Assembly: GCA_036489315.1 (NCBI GenBank) | Contig: DASXFZ010000064.1 | Coordinates: forward strand, 40,585-104,584 | Reading direction: 5' to 3' | Origin: Candidatus Cybelea sp. | Lineage (GTDB): Bacteria; Vulcanimicrobiota; Vulcanimicrobiia; Vulcanimicrobiales; Vulcanimicrobiaceae | DNA length: 64,000 bases | Part shown: piece after piece, positions 46,501 to 55,457 of the stretch | How the letters are laid out: every line of letters begins with the position of its first letter | Numbering within the stretch: the stretch's first letter is position 1 | The notes under the pieces: model-generated | What the model saw: the letters and a program-made list of their open reading frames with translations, nothing else | The model's database searches: none | Told to the model about the DNA's origin: nothing | Made by a program: the position numbers and the translations under genes

Positions 46501-48807
46501 GCTCGGGATCGGCGAGCCGGCTGTTAAGTCTCCGCTCGCCGAGATCGTTCCGCCTTCGAGCGGTAGGCCGATGCCGCGCAGCTGTGACGCTGCCAGCCGA
46601 TTGGCAACCAGCGAAAGCGCACCAACCTTAGCGCCCGGCCCGAGCGCAAGCGTGCCGGCGGCCACCACATCGCCGCCGGCGGCGTGCGCGTGCGCCGAGT
46701 AGATTCGCAGCCGGTTTCCTTCAACCGCCAGCGTCATACTGGCGCGATCGATTGGAATGCTTCGCAGCGTGGCACCGGGCATCGCAAGATCGGAACCGAC
46801 GACGACGATCCGCGCCGCTTCGACCGCAATCGCGACCTTGCCGCTGACCGGCCCGCGGCCGTCGATGGCGTTGCCGAGAAACGGAGCGAGGCCTTCAAAG
46901 GTGCCGCGATACTTCCCGGTCGCGACGAAGCGCCGCGTCGAAAAAGCGCCGCTGCCTGCAAATACGCCCCACGGGCCGTCGGCTTGCAGACGGTTGATCG
47001 GCGCGTTCGCCAGAGTGCCCGCCAGCGAAGCCCGCAGGCGGGAGAAGGGAACTCCGGCGATGCTCGTGTTCGATGCGTGCACGACGCCGGCTAAGACGAT
47101 GTCGTTGCCGGAACCCCCGCCCGCAAGCGATGCGCCGAAGAGCCCTCCCTCGATCTTCGGCATCTGCGGCAGCGTCAAGTTCGGAAACGCCTGGTAGCGC
47201 GGCGCGTGCATCGCTAGGCGGTCGGCGGTCATCCAAAATGCGCTCGTGCTCCTCGGACGGTCGAGCAGGTATGCACCGTCGAGGCTGCCGCGCGGCGTGT
47301 GCAGCCAGAACGGGTCGACGAGCGCGGTCCCGTTGCCGTTCATCTGGACGAGCGCGGCCACGCGACCGACTCCACGTGCGGAAGCGGCGCTGCCGAGCAC
47401 GTGAAAGCGCAGGTCGTTGCCGCTGGCGGCCGCATCGATGACGATCGGCTCGTCGCCGAGCATCTCGTCGAGGTAGGGCAGCCGGCTCGCCGGCCCGGCG
47501 ACGTGGACGCCGAACTCCGATTTGAGGTGCGCGCCGGTTTGCAGCCTCCCGCGAATCGCCATCGACACACCGCCGTAGCGGGCGAGCAGCGGCACGAGCG
47601 CAACGACCTTGGAGTGATAGACGACGCCGGCCGCTACGTCATCGAACGGCAGCGCGCGATAACTCGCGTGCGGCGCGGTCGCATTGGCAACGATCAGCGG
47701 ATCGTTGATTGGACCGCGCACCGAAACGCCGAGCGTCGCCTTACCCGCAATCGGCTGGTCGCGCGTGAATGAAAACGCCTCGCGCAAATCGGCGAGGTTG
47801 CCGTGACCCCACACGGCCAGACGCAGCTGCGCCCCACCCGTGAGCGCTCCATTGAGATCGAAGATTCCCCCGCGAATCTGCAGCGGGATCTTCGCCAGCG
47901 TCGCCCGCGCGCCGGTTACGAAGAACGCGTTGTCGACGACGTTGAGCCGGGCATTGATGCCTTCGATCGGAATCGCGAGCGCGTTGAAGGCGAGGCGCGC
48001 ATCTTGGACGTCGAGCTTCAGGCTCACGTGATACGCGGGCGGCACGCCCGCCTCTAGGCCGAGCGCGTAAACGACGGCGTCGAAGTTGCTCGCGCCGCCG
48101 CGCAGGATTACGACGTCGGGGCTCTGCGCGAAATAGTTCGACAGGGCGCGCAGCGGAAAACGAGCCGCCTTGGCGTGATGCGCGGCGAAGCCGGCCGCCA
48201 CGTCGATTCGCCCCCGCACGGTGAACGGCTCGCGCCGCCGGCGCTCTTCAAACGCGCCTGCGACGCGATAGCTCGTCACCGCCGCCGAGTCAATGCTGGC
48301 CTCGGCGTTGATGCCGTCGATGCGTATCGTGCGCGCGCTTTGGTCGAAGGCCGTCGGCTCCCGCAGCACGACTTGCGCGTCACTGACGCGCGCGTGGAAG
48401 TGCAGCGGCACGCGGTTGACCGGCTGCGGACCGGACGGCGGCGGGCCGGCGCCCGGCAACGCGATATCGAAGCTGCCGTCACGAAATCGAGTAAGCGTTA
48501 GCTTGACGCCGACGGCTTCGACGTCGACGAGTCCGAAGCGATGCCGGCTGCCCGGAAAGAGGTCGCGCAGGGAGTAACGCAGCGTGATGCGCTTCGCGCG
48601 CAGCAAGGGCTGCGACGCGCGCGCCACCGAGAGCCCGGCAATCACGGCCTCATCCCGGTCGATGTGCAGGCCGCCAATGCGCAGCTGGTAGCCGGCAATC
48701 CCCGCACCGGCCACGAGGGCGCCGCGCAGCATCTCGTGGCGCTTTGCGACCGCGAGCCCGACAAGTATCGCCGCGGCCACCAGGCCGATTGCAAAACGTT
48801 TTCGCAC
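43579..48807 (-). CDS. tamB: TamB/AsmA-like translocation and assembly module protein
   Basis: 1742 aa. N-terminal TM anchor (FAIGLVAAAILVGLAV), very long beta-rich Gly/Ala/Ser/Thr body, and a DUF490-like C-terminus ending LTLQHYFW. Immediately upstream of bamA. Confidence 0.8.
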   Translation of the reverse strand: MRKRFAIGLVAAAILVGLAVAKRHEMLRGALVAGAGIAGYQLRIGGLHIDRDEAVIAGLSVARASQPLLRAKRITLRYSLRDLFPGSRHRFGLVDVEAVGVKLTLTRFRDGSFDIALPGAGPPPSGPQPVNRVPLHFHARVSDAQVVLREPTAFDQSARTIRIDGINAEASIDSAAVTSYRVAGAFEERRRREPFTVRGRIDVAAGFAAHHAKAARFPLRALSNYFAQSPDVVILRGGASNFDAVVYALGLEAGVPPAYHVSLKLDVQDARLAFNALAIPIEGINARLNVVDNAFFVTGARATLAKIPLQIRGGIFDLNGALTGGAQLRLAVWGHGNLADLREAFSFTRDQPIAGKATLGVSVRGPINDPLIVANATAPHASYRALPFDDVAAGVVYHSKVVALVPLLARYGGVSMAIRGRLQTGAHLKSEFGVHVAGPASRLPYLDEMLGDEPIVIDAAASGNDLRFHVLGSAASARGVGRVAALVQMNGNGTALVDPFWLHTPRGSLDGAYLLDRPRSTSAFWMTADRLAMHAPRYQAFPNLTLPQMPKIEGGLFGASLAGGGSGNDIVLAGVVHASNTSIAGVPFSRLRASLAGTLANAPINRLQADGPWGVFAGSGAFSTRRFVATGKYRGTFEGLAPFLGNAIDGRGPVSGKVAIAVEAARIVVVGSDLAMPGATLRSIPIDRASMTLAVEGNRLRIYSAHAHAAGGDVVAAGTLALGPGAKVGALSLVANRLAASQLRGIGLPLEGGTISASGDLTAGSPIPSFLGGVAVNGSRVAQFSLSGDSEIDLHGDSVGLKRMLGSLGGTYARVDGSIGSLTSGSPSYSLSADVAASQIARTLHAFGLPNYMTDGSFNARLHIGGRSTSPTVSGAIGVPAGEVNGLPFVDASAALTADRAGVSMRGGSVVVGTTKARFDAVSRPHVQAMQVEAPYADLSDFNNFFDTGDTLDGDGSVRIAAASRRARITTSGNIDIRSFRYRNLPIGDTRAVWSSARNSVNGMLTVGGSEGKMHAHGTIDLVPGPQWLDTLERSRYDLAAGVSNFDLSFWLPALGIQAFPITGRAAGEATVHGRFPQIGVSGYAGISGGTLGPLRLDTAKVTLHAAGKRVVVDQAQLQTPGLTATASGTFGLDASQPLDLRVYAATNRLAELVYDSARVRIPVSGAFESTLTIGGTYRAPTFVAGFDGTGVKAYGIPISTLFGELRLRRNALVLSNAGVTFKKGEASLTGAVPLRLAPLGITMDQPLSFDVDVVGLDPGIFADTLGANTKMTGSLDGHLGISGTLRSPAVVGRVSLSNGSYVSDLERVPITQMVADIVFDHASASLARASARAGSGFLSGSGKVSFPSGLSASGLSIGLKAIARGAQLDLPAYGSGTLDAALTVAKQPAGLALLSGSVTLSNAALPFASFLRAATQSGSGHALDLPLAFDVRATAGKNVRVRGSGYGAGLDIGTSGSVRLAGTLATPTLEGTFESTGGTLTYFDRAFRVQQASVRFNAADGVLPTLHAVANTTVVNPDPDRARNPYGSADVTITVNGPIADLKVGLDSTPAGYTRDQILALIAPLGGFVSGISFSRQQLLARQQPAGITPLGTLSPIPNVTLSQNSSITVGQEAFNILNAQFTAGLLAPVETTIGQGLGLSSINLTLGYYGNVGLTATRLLGKAVSAVYAVTFGLPQVQSFGLVLQPGPSTSANLNFFYESGPTKLLQLPGSPIGYSAGYLVGQPLLGNSGFSLTLQHYFW

Positions 48808-48917
48808 GTAGAGCCCTGAGGCAGTTATACCTCCTGCGCGCGGGTTCGCCCCGCTACGTTAAGCCAGTTCTAAAGTGAAGAAGGTGCTGGCTGCGCCCAA
48901 GAGAGTTGCGCCGAAGG

Positions 48918-50813
48918 TTACAGATCGAGATTCTTTACGCTCTTGGCGTACTCGAAGATATACTGCTTGCGCGGCTCGACTTTGTCGCCCATCAAGTCCG
49001 TGAAGATTTGCTCGGCCTCAACGACGTCTTCGACCGTAATCTGTTTGAGGCGGCGGTGCCCCACTTCCATCGTCGTCTCGGCCAGCTGCTCGGCATCCAT
49101 TTCACCCAGGCCCTTGTATTGCTGAATCGCGTAGTCTTTGCCGTCCTCGCCGACGATCGCTTTGAGCTCCGCTTCGCTGAAGGCCCACCACTGCTTTTTC
49201 CCTTTTCGGATGCCGTAAAGCGGCGGCTGAGCGATGAATACGTGCCCTTCCTCGACGAGCGGCTTCATCTGGCGGTAGAAGAAGGTAAGCAGCAGCGTGC
49301 GGATATGAGATCCGTCGACGTCGGCGTCGGTCATGATGATGATCTTGTGGTAGCGCAGCTTCTGCACGTTGAACTCGTCTCCGAAACCGGTGCCGAGCGC
49401 GGTGATCATCGTGCGAATCTCTTCGTTGGCGAGGACCTTATCCAGACGCGCTTTCTCGACGTTGAGAATTTTGCCGCGCAGCGGCAGGATCGCTTGATTG
49501 TTTGGGTCGCGGCCGCCCTTTGCGGTTCCGCCGGCCGAATCGCCTTCTACGAGAAACAGCTCGCTCTCGGCGGCGTTGGCGTTCTTGCAGTCGACCAGCT
49601 TGCCGGGCAGGCCCGAACCCTCGAGCGCGTTCTTGCGCCGCGAGAGGTCGCGCGCTTTCTTCGCTGCGTCGCGGGCGCGCTGCGCCTGCATGCACTTTTC
49701 TACGATCGCGCGTGCGTACTTCGGATTCTCTTCGAGAAAGAAGTCGAGGCGTTCGGAGACGAGGCCCGCCACGATGCTGCGCACCCTCGCATTGCCGAGC
49801 TTGGTCTTCGTCTGACCTTCGAACTGCGGATCCTGCAGCTTCACCGATACGACGGCCGTCAGCCCTTCCATGATGTCGTCGGTCGAAAGCGAGCTGTCGG
49901 ATTCCTTGAGGAGACCGCGCTTGCGCGCGTACGAGTTGACCGCATTGGTAACGGCCTGACGGAAGCCTTGCAGGTGCATTCCGCCCTCGATCGTCCCGAT
50001 ATTGTTGGCGTAGGAGTAAATTTGATCGGCGTACGAGTCGGTGTACTGCATCGCCACTTCGACGTCGACGCCGTCGCGCTCCGCATGGGTCGAAATGATC
50101 GGCGCCAGCGTATCCTTCTTTTCGTTGAGCCACTCGACGAACGAAACGATCCCGCCGTCGAACGTGTAGCTTCGCTCGCGCGGCGTCTCACCGCGTTCGT
50201 CGCGCAGCGTGATCGCGAGCCCCCGGTTCAAAAACGCCAGTTCGCGCAGCCGCTTCTGCAGGATGTCCCAGTGGAACTCGCTGACCTCGAAGATCTCTGG
50301 ATCCGGCTTGAACCACTGGAGCGTACCGGTTCCCTCGGCTCTCGCAGCCTTCTTGAGCTTTTGAACGGTAATGCCGCGCGCGAACCTCATCTCCCACAGA
50401 AAGCCGTCGCGCTTTACCTGCGTCAGCATCCACTCCGAGAGCCCGTTGACGACGGAGATGCCGACGCCGTGCAAACCGCCGGACACCTTGTAGCCGCCTT
50501 TTCCGAACTTGGCGCCGGCATGGAGAATCGTCATAACGACCTCGACGGCGGGCATCTTCTCTTCGGCGTGAATGTCGGTTGGAATGCCGCGCCCGTCGTC
50601 TTCGACCGAGCACGAGCCGTCCGCGTACAGGACGACGCGCACGTTGTGGGCGTAGCCCGCGAGTGCCTCGTCGACGGCGTTGTCGACGGCTTCGTAGACG
50701 AGCTGGTGGAGACCGCGTTCGGCCGTATTGCCCACGTACATGCCCGGGCGCTTGCGTACCGCCTCCAGCCCGCGTAAAACCTCGATCTGCTCGCCTGTAT
50801 AATTCGTCGACAT
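48918..50813 (-). CDS. gyrB: DNA gyrase subunit B
   Basis: ATG at 50813 (MSTNYTGEQIEVLRGLEAVRKRPGMYVG). EGDSAGG, PLRGKILNVEKA. 631 aa. The upstream extension of the track ORF is an artefact. Confidence 0.95.
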   Translation of the reverse strand: MSTNYTGEQIEVLRGLEAVRKRPGMYVGNTAERGLHQLVYEAVDNAVDEALAGYAHNVRVVLYADGSCSVEDDGRGIPTDIHAEEKMPAVEVVMTILHAGAKFGKGGYKVSGGLHGVGISVVNGLSEWMLTQVKRDGFLWEMRFARGITVQKLKKAARAEGTGTLQWFKPDPEIFEVSEFHWDILQKRLRELAFLNRGLAITLRDERGETPRERSYTFDGGIVSFVEWLNEKKDTLAPIISTHAERDGVDVEVAMQYTDSYADQIYSYANNIGTIEGGMHLQGFRQAVTNAVNSYARKRGLLKESDSSLSTDDIMEGLTAVVSVKLQDPQFEGQTKTKLGNARVRSIVAGLVSERLDFFLEENPKYARAIVEKCMQAQRARDAAKKARDLSRRKNALEGSGLPGKLVDCKNANAAESELFLVEGDSAGGTAKGGRDPNNQAILPLRGKILNVEKARLDKVLANEEIRTMITALGTGFGDEFNVQKLRYHKIIIMTDADVDGSHIRTLLLTFFYRQMKPLVEEGHVFIAQPPLYGIRKGKKQWWAFSEAELKAIVGEDGKDYAIQQYKGLGEMDAEQLAETTMEVGHRRLKQITVEDVVEAEQIFTDLMGDKVEPRKQYIFEYAKSVKNLDL

Positions 50814-50820
50814 CAAACCT

Positions 50821-51648
50821 TTATTCGTTAGCGTAAAGTAAATCGTGCAGCTCGTCGCCCAAGACGTTGCGCACGGTTGCCGGGGCAATCTCTTCCGGCG
50901 GAAGTTTGCTTCGCAGGACGACGTACGAACTCGCAACCTGCCGCTCGCGGCCATCGCGCGACAGGCGTCCGGCGAGCCTCGTTTGCTCGAGCATTCCCCA
51001 CCAGCGTTTGAGCAGCTGGCTCCGAAGGCTCTCGTATTCCCTCTTGCATAACCCATCGACGAGCTCGGCCGTTCCAACGAAACCCAGCCAGGGAGCTTCG
51101 AAGAGCAGGCGCGCCGTTGCGAGCGCACGCTTTTGGAGACGGGCCGCGCTGCACGTGACGCAATATTGCTCTCGCGCAGGCGCGACGAGCGCGCCGCATC
51201 CCTCGCATTCCTTCCACCCGGCTGCCCGCTTGGCCCGCCGCACGGCATCGACGTTGCGCGCAAAGCGCTCCAACGCGTGGTCCGCGCTCGCCGCCGGCGG
51301 CTGCGCGGCGCGCTGCGGCGCAGCCCGGTCGCGATTGGGCAGCGGCGCGCCGGTACGCTTGGGCAAGGCTCCCACGCGGAAGCGCAGCCGTTCGATTCCG
51401 GCGCTCGGCAGCCTGGCGGCTACGGCGTCGCGGACGCGCTCGGCAAGGAAGCTCAGTTGGTGGCTCCACGCCGCAGAACGCGTAACGACGATCAACGTAC
51501 CGTCCACGACGCGCGAAGGGCTGGAGTTTTTGGCGACCTCGGCGCCGACGATCTCGCCCCAGCCGGCCTGCAGCAGGCTCAACGGATCGGAGACGGAGCG
51601 CGCGTCGGCCGGCGTCCAGCCCGAGATCGCCTGGGAGAGTTTCAGCAC
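50821..51648 (-). CDS. DUF721 (DciA-family) protein with a Zn-ribbon extension
   Basis: GTG at 51648 overlaps the recF stop. DUF721-like core (LLQAGWGEIVGAEVAKNSSPSRVVDGTLIVVTRSAAWSHQLSF), then CEGCG..CVTC and ~100 more residues. Lies in the classic recF-X-gyrB position. Confidence 0.7.
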   Translation of the reverse strand: MLKLSQAISGWTPADARSVSDPLSLLQAGWGEIVGAEVAKNSSPSRVVDGTLIVVTRSAAWSHQLSFLAERVRDAVAARLPSAGIERLRFRVGALPKRTGAPLPNRDRAAPQRAAQPPAASADHALERFARNVDAVRRAKRAAGWKECEGCGALVAPAREQYCVTCSAARLQKRALATARLLFEAPWLGFVGTAELVDGLCKREYESLRSQLLKRWWGMLEQTRLAGRLSRDGRERQVASSYVVLRSKLPPEEIAPATVRNVLGDELHDLLYANE

Positions 51649-52751
51649 GCTGCGTACGCCTCGATGCAAGCCTCCTGCACCCGCGCGACGCACGCACCGG
51701 AGTGAAGGCCGGCCGGCAAGTGGGTCGCCGTCACGAAGGCTTGGTCGTACTCGCCGATCTCCGCGAGCAGCGCCGCCGCGCGATCTTCGTCGAGCTCGGA
51801 GAGCACGTCGTCGAGCAACAAGAGCGGTGCCTCGTCCGAGCGTTCGCGCATCACCGAATACTCGGCAATCTTGAGCGCGAGCACCGCGGTGCGCTGCTGA
51901 CCCTGCGAGCCGTACGCAGCCAGCGATGCGCCGTCGAGCGAAAGCCCCATATCGTCGCGGTGCGGACCGGTCAGCGACGTCTTGCGCGTGCGCTCGGCCT
52001 CCCGCGTCTGCTCGAGACGTAGTTCGAACGACGCCGCAATCGCTTCACGCGAGGCGCGCTCGAAGAGAACGTTCGGCTCGTAGGTTACGTCGAGACGTTC
52101 GTTTCCGGCAAAACGCGCGTGTGCCCGGCCGGCCGCGCGCGCGAGTGCCGCGATCAGGCCTTCTCTGGCCAGCATGATTTCGGTTCCCGCATCGATCAGC
52201 GTGCGCTCGTAAACGGCGAGCAGTTCGGCATCGGGCGCGACGGTGCCGCGCAGGAGCGCGTTTTTCTGCTGGACGGCTTTGCGATACCGCGCCAACTCGT
52301 GATAGTAACGCGCCTCGGTCTGCGAAAGCGCGACGTTGAGGAAGGCCCGGCGTACGCCCGGGGTGCCCCCCGCCAGCTGCAGATCCGCCGGCACGAACGT
52401 AACGACGCGAATGCGCCCCAAATAGCCCGCATAGCGAACGCCGCCGCCGTTGACCGTGTAACTCTTTCTCGTACCGCGCGCACTTTTCTCGATCGTGCAG
52501 ACCAGCTCGACCCGTCCTGCGCGCAGCAATGCCTCTCCCCGCACGATCGCCGTTTCACTTCCGCTGCGCACCGCGTCACCCTCATGCGACGTGCGGAACG
52601 ATTTGCCCGTGCCGAGCATCGCGATGCCTTCGAGCAGGTTGCTCTTCCCCTGCGCGTTGGCTCCGACGTAGACGTTCAATCCGCCGGCGGGTTGGAGATC
52701 GAGTTGCGCGTAGTTGCGAAAGTTTGATAGCGTTAAGTGCTGCAGGAGCAC
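51642..52751 (-). CDS. recF: DNA replication and repair protein RecF
   Basis: 369 aa. LTLSNFRNY and Walker A GANAQGKSNLLE. An SMC-like signature is followed by LLLLDDVLSELD. Confidence 0.9.
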   Translation of the reverse strand: MLLQHLTLSNFRNYAQLDLQPAGGLNVYVGANAQGKSNLLEGIAMLGTGKSFRTSHEGDAVRSGSETAIVRGEALLRAGRVELVCTIEKSARGTRKSYTVNGGGVRYAGYLGRIRVVTFVPADLQLAGGTPGVRRAFLNVALSQTEARYYHELARYRKAVQQKNALLRGTVAPDAELLAVYERTLIDAGTEIMLAREGLIAALARAAGRAHARFAGNERLDVTYEPNVLFERASREAIAASFELRLEQTREAERTRKTSLTGPHRDDMGLSLDGASLAAYGSQGQQRTAVLALKIAEYSVMRERSDEAPLLLLDDVLSELDEDRAAALLAEIGEYDQAFVTATHLPAGLHSGACVARVQEACIEAYAAC

Positions 52752-52752
52752 A

Positions 52753-53877
52753 TCACTGCCGCAGCGGCATCAGCACGTAGAGCTGCTGCCCGCTCTCGAG
52801 CGGATCGAGCGGCCGGATCGCCGCGGGCGAGAGCGGACCGAGAAACTCCATCACGACCTTCTCGCTCTTGATATGGTTGAGAATCTCGACGAGATAGCGC
52901 GCGTTGAAGGCGATCGCCAGATCCTCGCCGGTCTGCTCGACCTCCACCTCTTCGTACGCGTTGCCCGAGACGTCGGAGCTGGCCGTGACGATCAGCGTTT
53001 GGTTGGCGACCGAAAGCTTCACCATGCTGGCGCGATCGCCGGCAACGAGCTCTGCCCGGCGCAGGCTTCCGATCAGCTGGGCCGTGCCTGCGGTTACCGT
53101 GCGGTCGAACTTCGCTGGAATAACCTGCTGGTAGTTCGGGTATTGGCCGTCGACCAGACGAACCGTGATCGAGACGTCGCCGCCGCTCATCTGCAGTTGG
53201 TTGCTCTGGGCGCCGAGCGCGTTAACCGCGATCTCGTCACCGCCGCCGAGATTACGCGCCACTTCGGCCAGCGCCCGCGAGGGCACGATGAACTTCTCGG
53301 GGCCGCTCATCCCCTCGTCGAGGGTCGTCGCGAACTTCGCAAGCCGGTAGCCGTCGGTCGCGACCATCGTCAGCGCTTTTCCCTCCACCTCGAGGAGGGT
53401 GCCCATCAGCACGGCGCCGCGAGCCTCTTCACCCGAGGCCGCAAAGATCGTCGCATCGATGCCGTCTCGCAGGCGTTTGCCGGCGATCGTGAAGTGTGAG
53501 CCGCGCGCGGCGGCCGGCAGCGGCGGATACTCTTCGGGCGGCAAGGCATGGAAATCGTAGTTGCTCCGGTCGCACTTCACGCTCGCTCGCGTGGGCGTTC
53601 CCGTTACCTCCAGCGTTCCCGCGGCCAGGTTGCCGAGGTAGCTCGCGAAGAGCTTTGCCGGTATGGTGACCGAGCCGCCTTCGCTAACCTGCGCCGGGAA
53701 GGCGTGTTCGAGGGTCAGTTCGAGATCCGTCGCCCGCACCGCGATCTTGTCGCCGTCGGCTTGCAGCAAAACGTTCGAGAGAATGGGGACCGTCGTGTGC
53801 GCGTTGACGACTTTGCTGGCGGCTCCGACTGCGGCCGCGATGTCTTTGGAAGTACAGGCGAATCTCATTGCTTCCAC
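52753..53877 (-). CDS. dnaN: DNA polymerase III beta sliding clamp
   Basis: 374 aa (GTG at 53877, alternative ATG at 53868 giving MRFAC...). Three-domain clamp pattern, ending ..LYVLMPLRQ. Confidence 0.9.
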   Translation of the reverse strand: MEAMRFACTSKDIAAAVGAASKVVNAHTTVPILSNVLLQADGDKIAVRATDLELTLEHAFPAQVSEGGSVTIPAKLFASYLGNLAAGTLEVTGTPTRASVKCDRSNYDFHALPPEEYPPLPAAARGSHFTIAGKRLRDGIDATIFAASGEEARGAVLMGTLLEVEGKALTMVATDGYRLAKFATTLDEGMSGPEKFIVPSRALAEVARNLGGGDEIAVNALGAQSNQLQMSGGDVSITVRLVDGQYPNYQQVIPAKFDRTVTAGTAQLIGSLRRAELVAGDRASMVKLSVANQTLIVTASSDVSGNAYEEVEVEQTGEDLAIAFNARYLVEILNHIKSEKVVMEFLGPLSPAAIRPLDPLESGQQLYVLMPLRQ

Positions 53878-54107
53878 CGTTGGGCGTGGGCTGAGGTTTT
53901 CCTAGTAAAGTATAACAGGAAGCCGCAGCAGTAGTAGAGCGGTGTATTCTGAGGACAACTCGGGATTCGTACGACGTGGCTTGGGTTTTTCGCGTGGGAT
54001 AAAGGTGTGGACGGAGAAGGCCGGCTATCCACATTTCCACCGCGTGCGGGCTCGGAGCCGCTTATCCCCTCCGCGCGGGCGCCCTGTGTGGAAGGCTGTG
54101 GCCGAGA
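53878..54107. promoter_or_regulatory. dnaA-dnaN spacer with DnaA-box-like sites and an AT-rich patch (possible second oriC module)
   Basis: CTATCCACA 54025-54033. TGTGGAAGG 54087-54095 (rc CCTTCCACA). TGTGGACGG 54006-54014 (rc CCGTCCACA). AT-rich gttttcctagtaaagtataaca at about 53896-53917. Confidence 0.5.
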
Positions 54108-55457
54108 TCAAGGGTTCTGGCACATTGCGATGAGCTGCCGGATCTTATTGCGGTAGGCTTCATCCCGCTGCATCTGGTCTTTGATCTTGTCGCGAGCGTA
54201 CATGACCGTCGTGTGATCCTTCTTGCCGAACTCGCGCGCGATCTGCGGCAAGGAGTAGTTGGTCAGCTCGGTCGCGATGTACATCGCAATCTGGCGGGGC
54301 GCCGCAAGCCGCTGGTCGCGCCGCCCGTTGTCCATCTCTTTGACCGTCAGCCCGTGCGCGCTCGCCACCGTCTCTTTGATCTTGCCGATCGTAATGCGGT
54401 GCAGCGGCGCCGCCGCGACGGCGCTCTTGAGGACGTCGGCGGCGAGATCGGTCGTGATCGGCGCTTTGGTCAAAGAAGCGTACGCGATGACACGGATCAG
54501 GGCGCCCTCGAGCTCGCGGATATTCGACGGAATCACTTTGGCAATAAACGAGGTGACCTCGTCGGGAACCGGGATGTTCTCGCTGCCGGCCTTCTTGCGC
54601 AGAATTGCCTCGCGAGTCTCGAGATCGGGCGCCTGAATGTCGGTTAGCAAGCCCCATTCGAATCGCGAGCGCAGTCGCGCCTCGAGGGTTTGGATCTCTT
54701 TGGGCGGCCGGTCCGAGGAGATGATCAGCTGACGCCCGGACTCGTGCAGCGCGTTGAACGTGTGAAAGAACTCTTCTTGAGTCGTCTCTTTGCCGGCGAG
54801 AAATTGGATGTCGTCGATGAGCAGCACGTCGACCTGACGGTAGCGGTTGCGAAACTCCGGCGTGCGGTTGTTCTGTAGCGCGATGATGAACTCGTTGGTG
54901 AACTTCTCGCACGTGAGGTAGACGACGTTCGCCGCTAAATTGTCTTGAATGACGCGGTGGCCGATTGCGTGCATCAAGTGCGTCTTGCCCAGGCCGACTC
55001 CGCCGTACAGAAAGAGCGGGTTATAGGCGTGCGCCGGCGCGCCGGCAACGGCTTGTGCCGCGGCGTGCGCGAAGCGGTTGGAATTGCCGACGACGAACTC
55101 TTCGAACGTATAGCGAGCATTAAGATTGGCGGTGCGGAACTCTTCAAGCGGGCCAGTTCCCGCAACGGGTACCGGGCGAGCCGCCTCTACCGGATCGGCA
55201 ACCGAAAGCCGCAGCTCGACGCTCGTGCCGAAGAGTTCGCTCAAAACGCCGATCATCTGGGGACGAAGCTTGCTTCCGACCCAGTCCTGAGCGAACTTGC
55301 TGTGCACCGCGAGGTGCAGTTCGTTGCCGTGGAATGATATGAACCGAATAGGTTTGATCCACATCTCGAAAACGGGCTTCGAGAAGGTCCGTTCCAACGT
55401 ATCGAGCGCGGCCTGCCAAAGCTCGTTGGAGATGTCCGAGTTGATCGCAAGCGCCAT
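54108..55457 (-). CDS. dnaA: Chromosomal replication initiator DnaA
   Basis: ATG at 55457 (MALAINSDISNELW) with an AGAGGA SD. Walker A GGVGLGKTHLMHA. C-terminal DNA-binding domain (..KKDHTTVMYARDKI..). 449 aa. Confidence 0.95.
   Translation of the reverse strand: MALAINSDISNELWQAALDTLERTFSKPVFEMWIKPIRFISFHGNELHLAVHSKFAQDWVGSKLRPQMIGVLSELFGTSVELRLSVADPVEAARPVPVAGTGPLEEFRTANLNARYTFEEFVVGNSNRFAHAAAQAVAGAPAHAYNPLFLYGGVGLGKTHLMHAIGHRVIQDNLAANVVYLTCEKFTNEFIIALQNNRTPEFRNRYRQVDVLLIDDIQFLAGKETTQEEFFHTFNALHESGRQLIISSDRPPKEIQTLEARLRSRFEWGLLTDIQAPDLETREAILRKKAGSENIPVPDEVTSFIAKVIPSNIRELEGALIRVIAYASLTKAPITTDLAADVLKSAVAAAPLHRITIGKIKETVASAHGLTVKEMDNGRRDQRLAAPRQIAMYIATELTNYSLPQIAREFGKKDHTTVMYARDKIKDQMQRDEAYRNKIRQLIAMCQNP

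Noticed and set aside
128-50777. Many long ORFs in the supplied track that lie antisense to, or out of frame with, recognisable genes. Examples are 128-1018(-), 2185-3561(-), 3626-4855(-), 8080-9183(+), 12153-13868(+), 32788-34449(+), 42350-43438(+) and 48906-50777(+).
   Set aside because: Their translations are Arg/Ala/Gly/Pro-rich low-complexity strings typical of stop-poor alternative frames in high-GC DNA. Each is fully covered by a gene with clear family motifs on the other strand or frame.
53920-53940. Possible DnaA-trio-like CAGCAGTAGTAG run in the dnaA-dnaN spacer.
   Set aside because: It is too short and is not positioned immediately next to a strong DnaA box pair. I cannot distinguish it from chance without comparative data.
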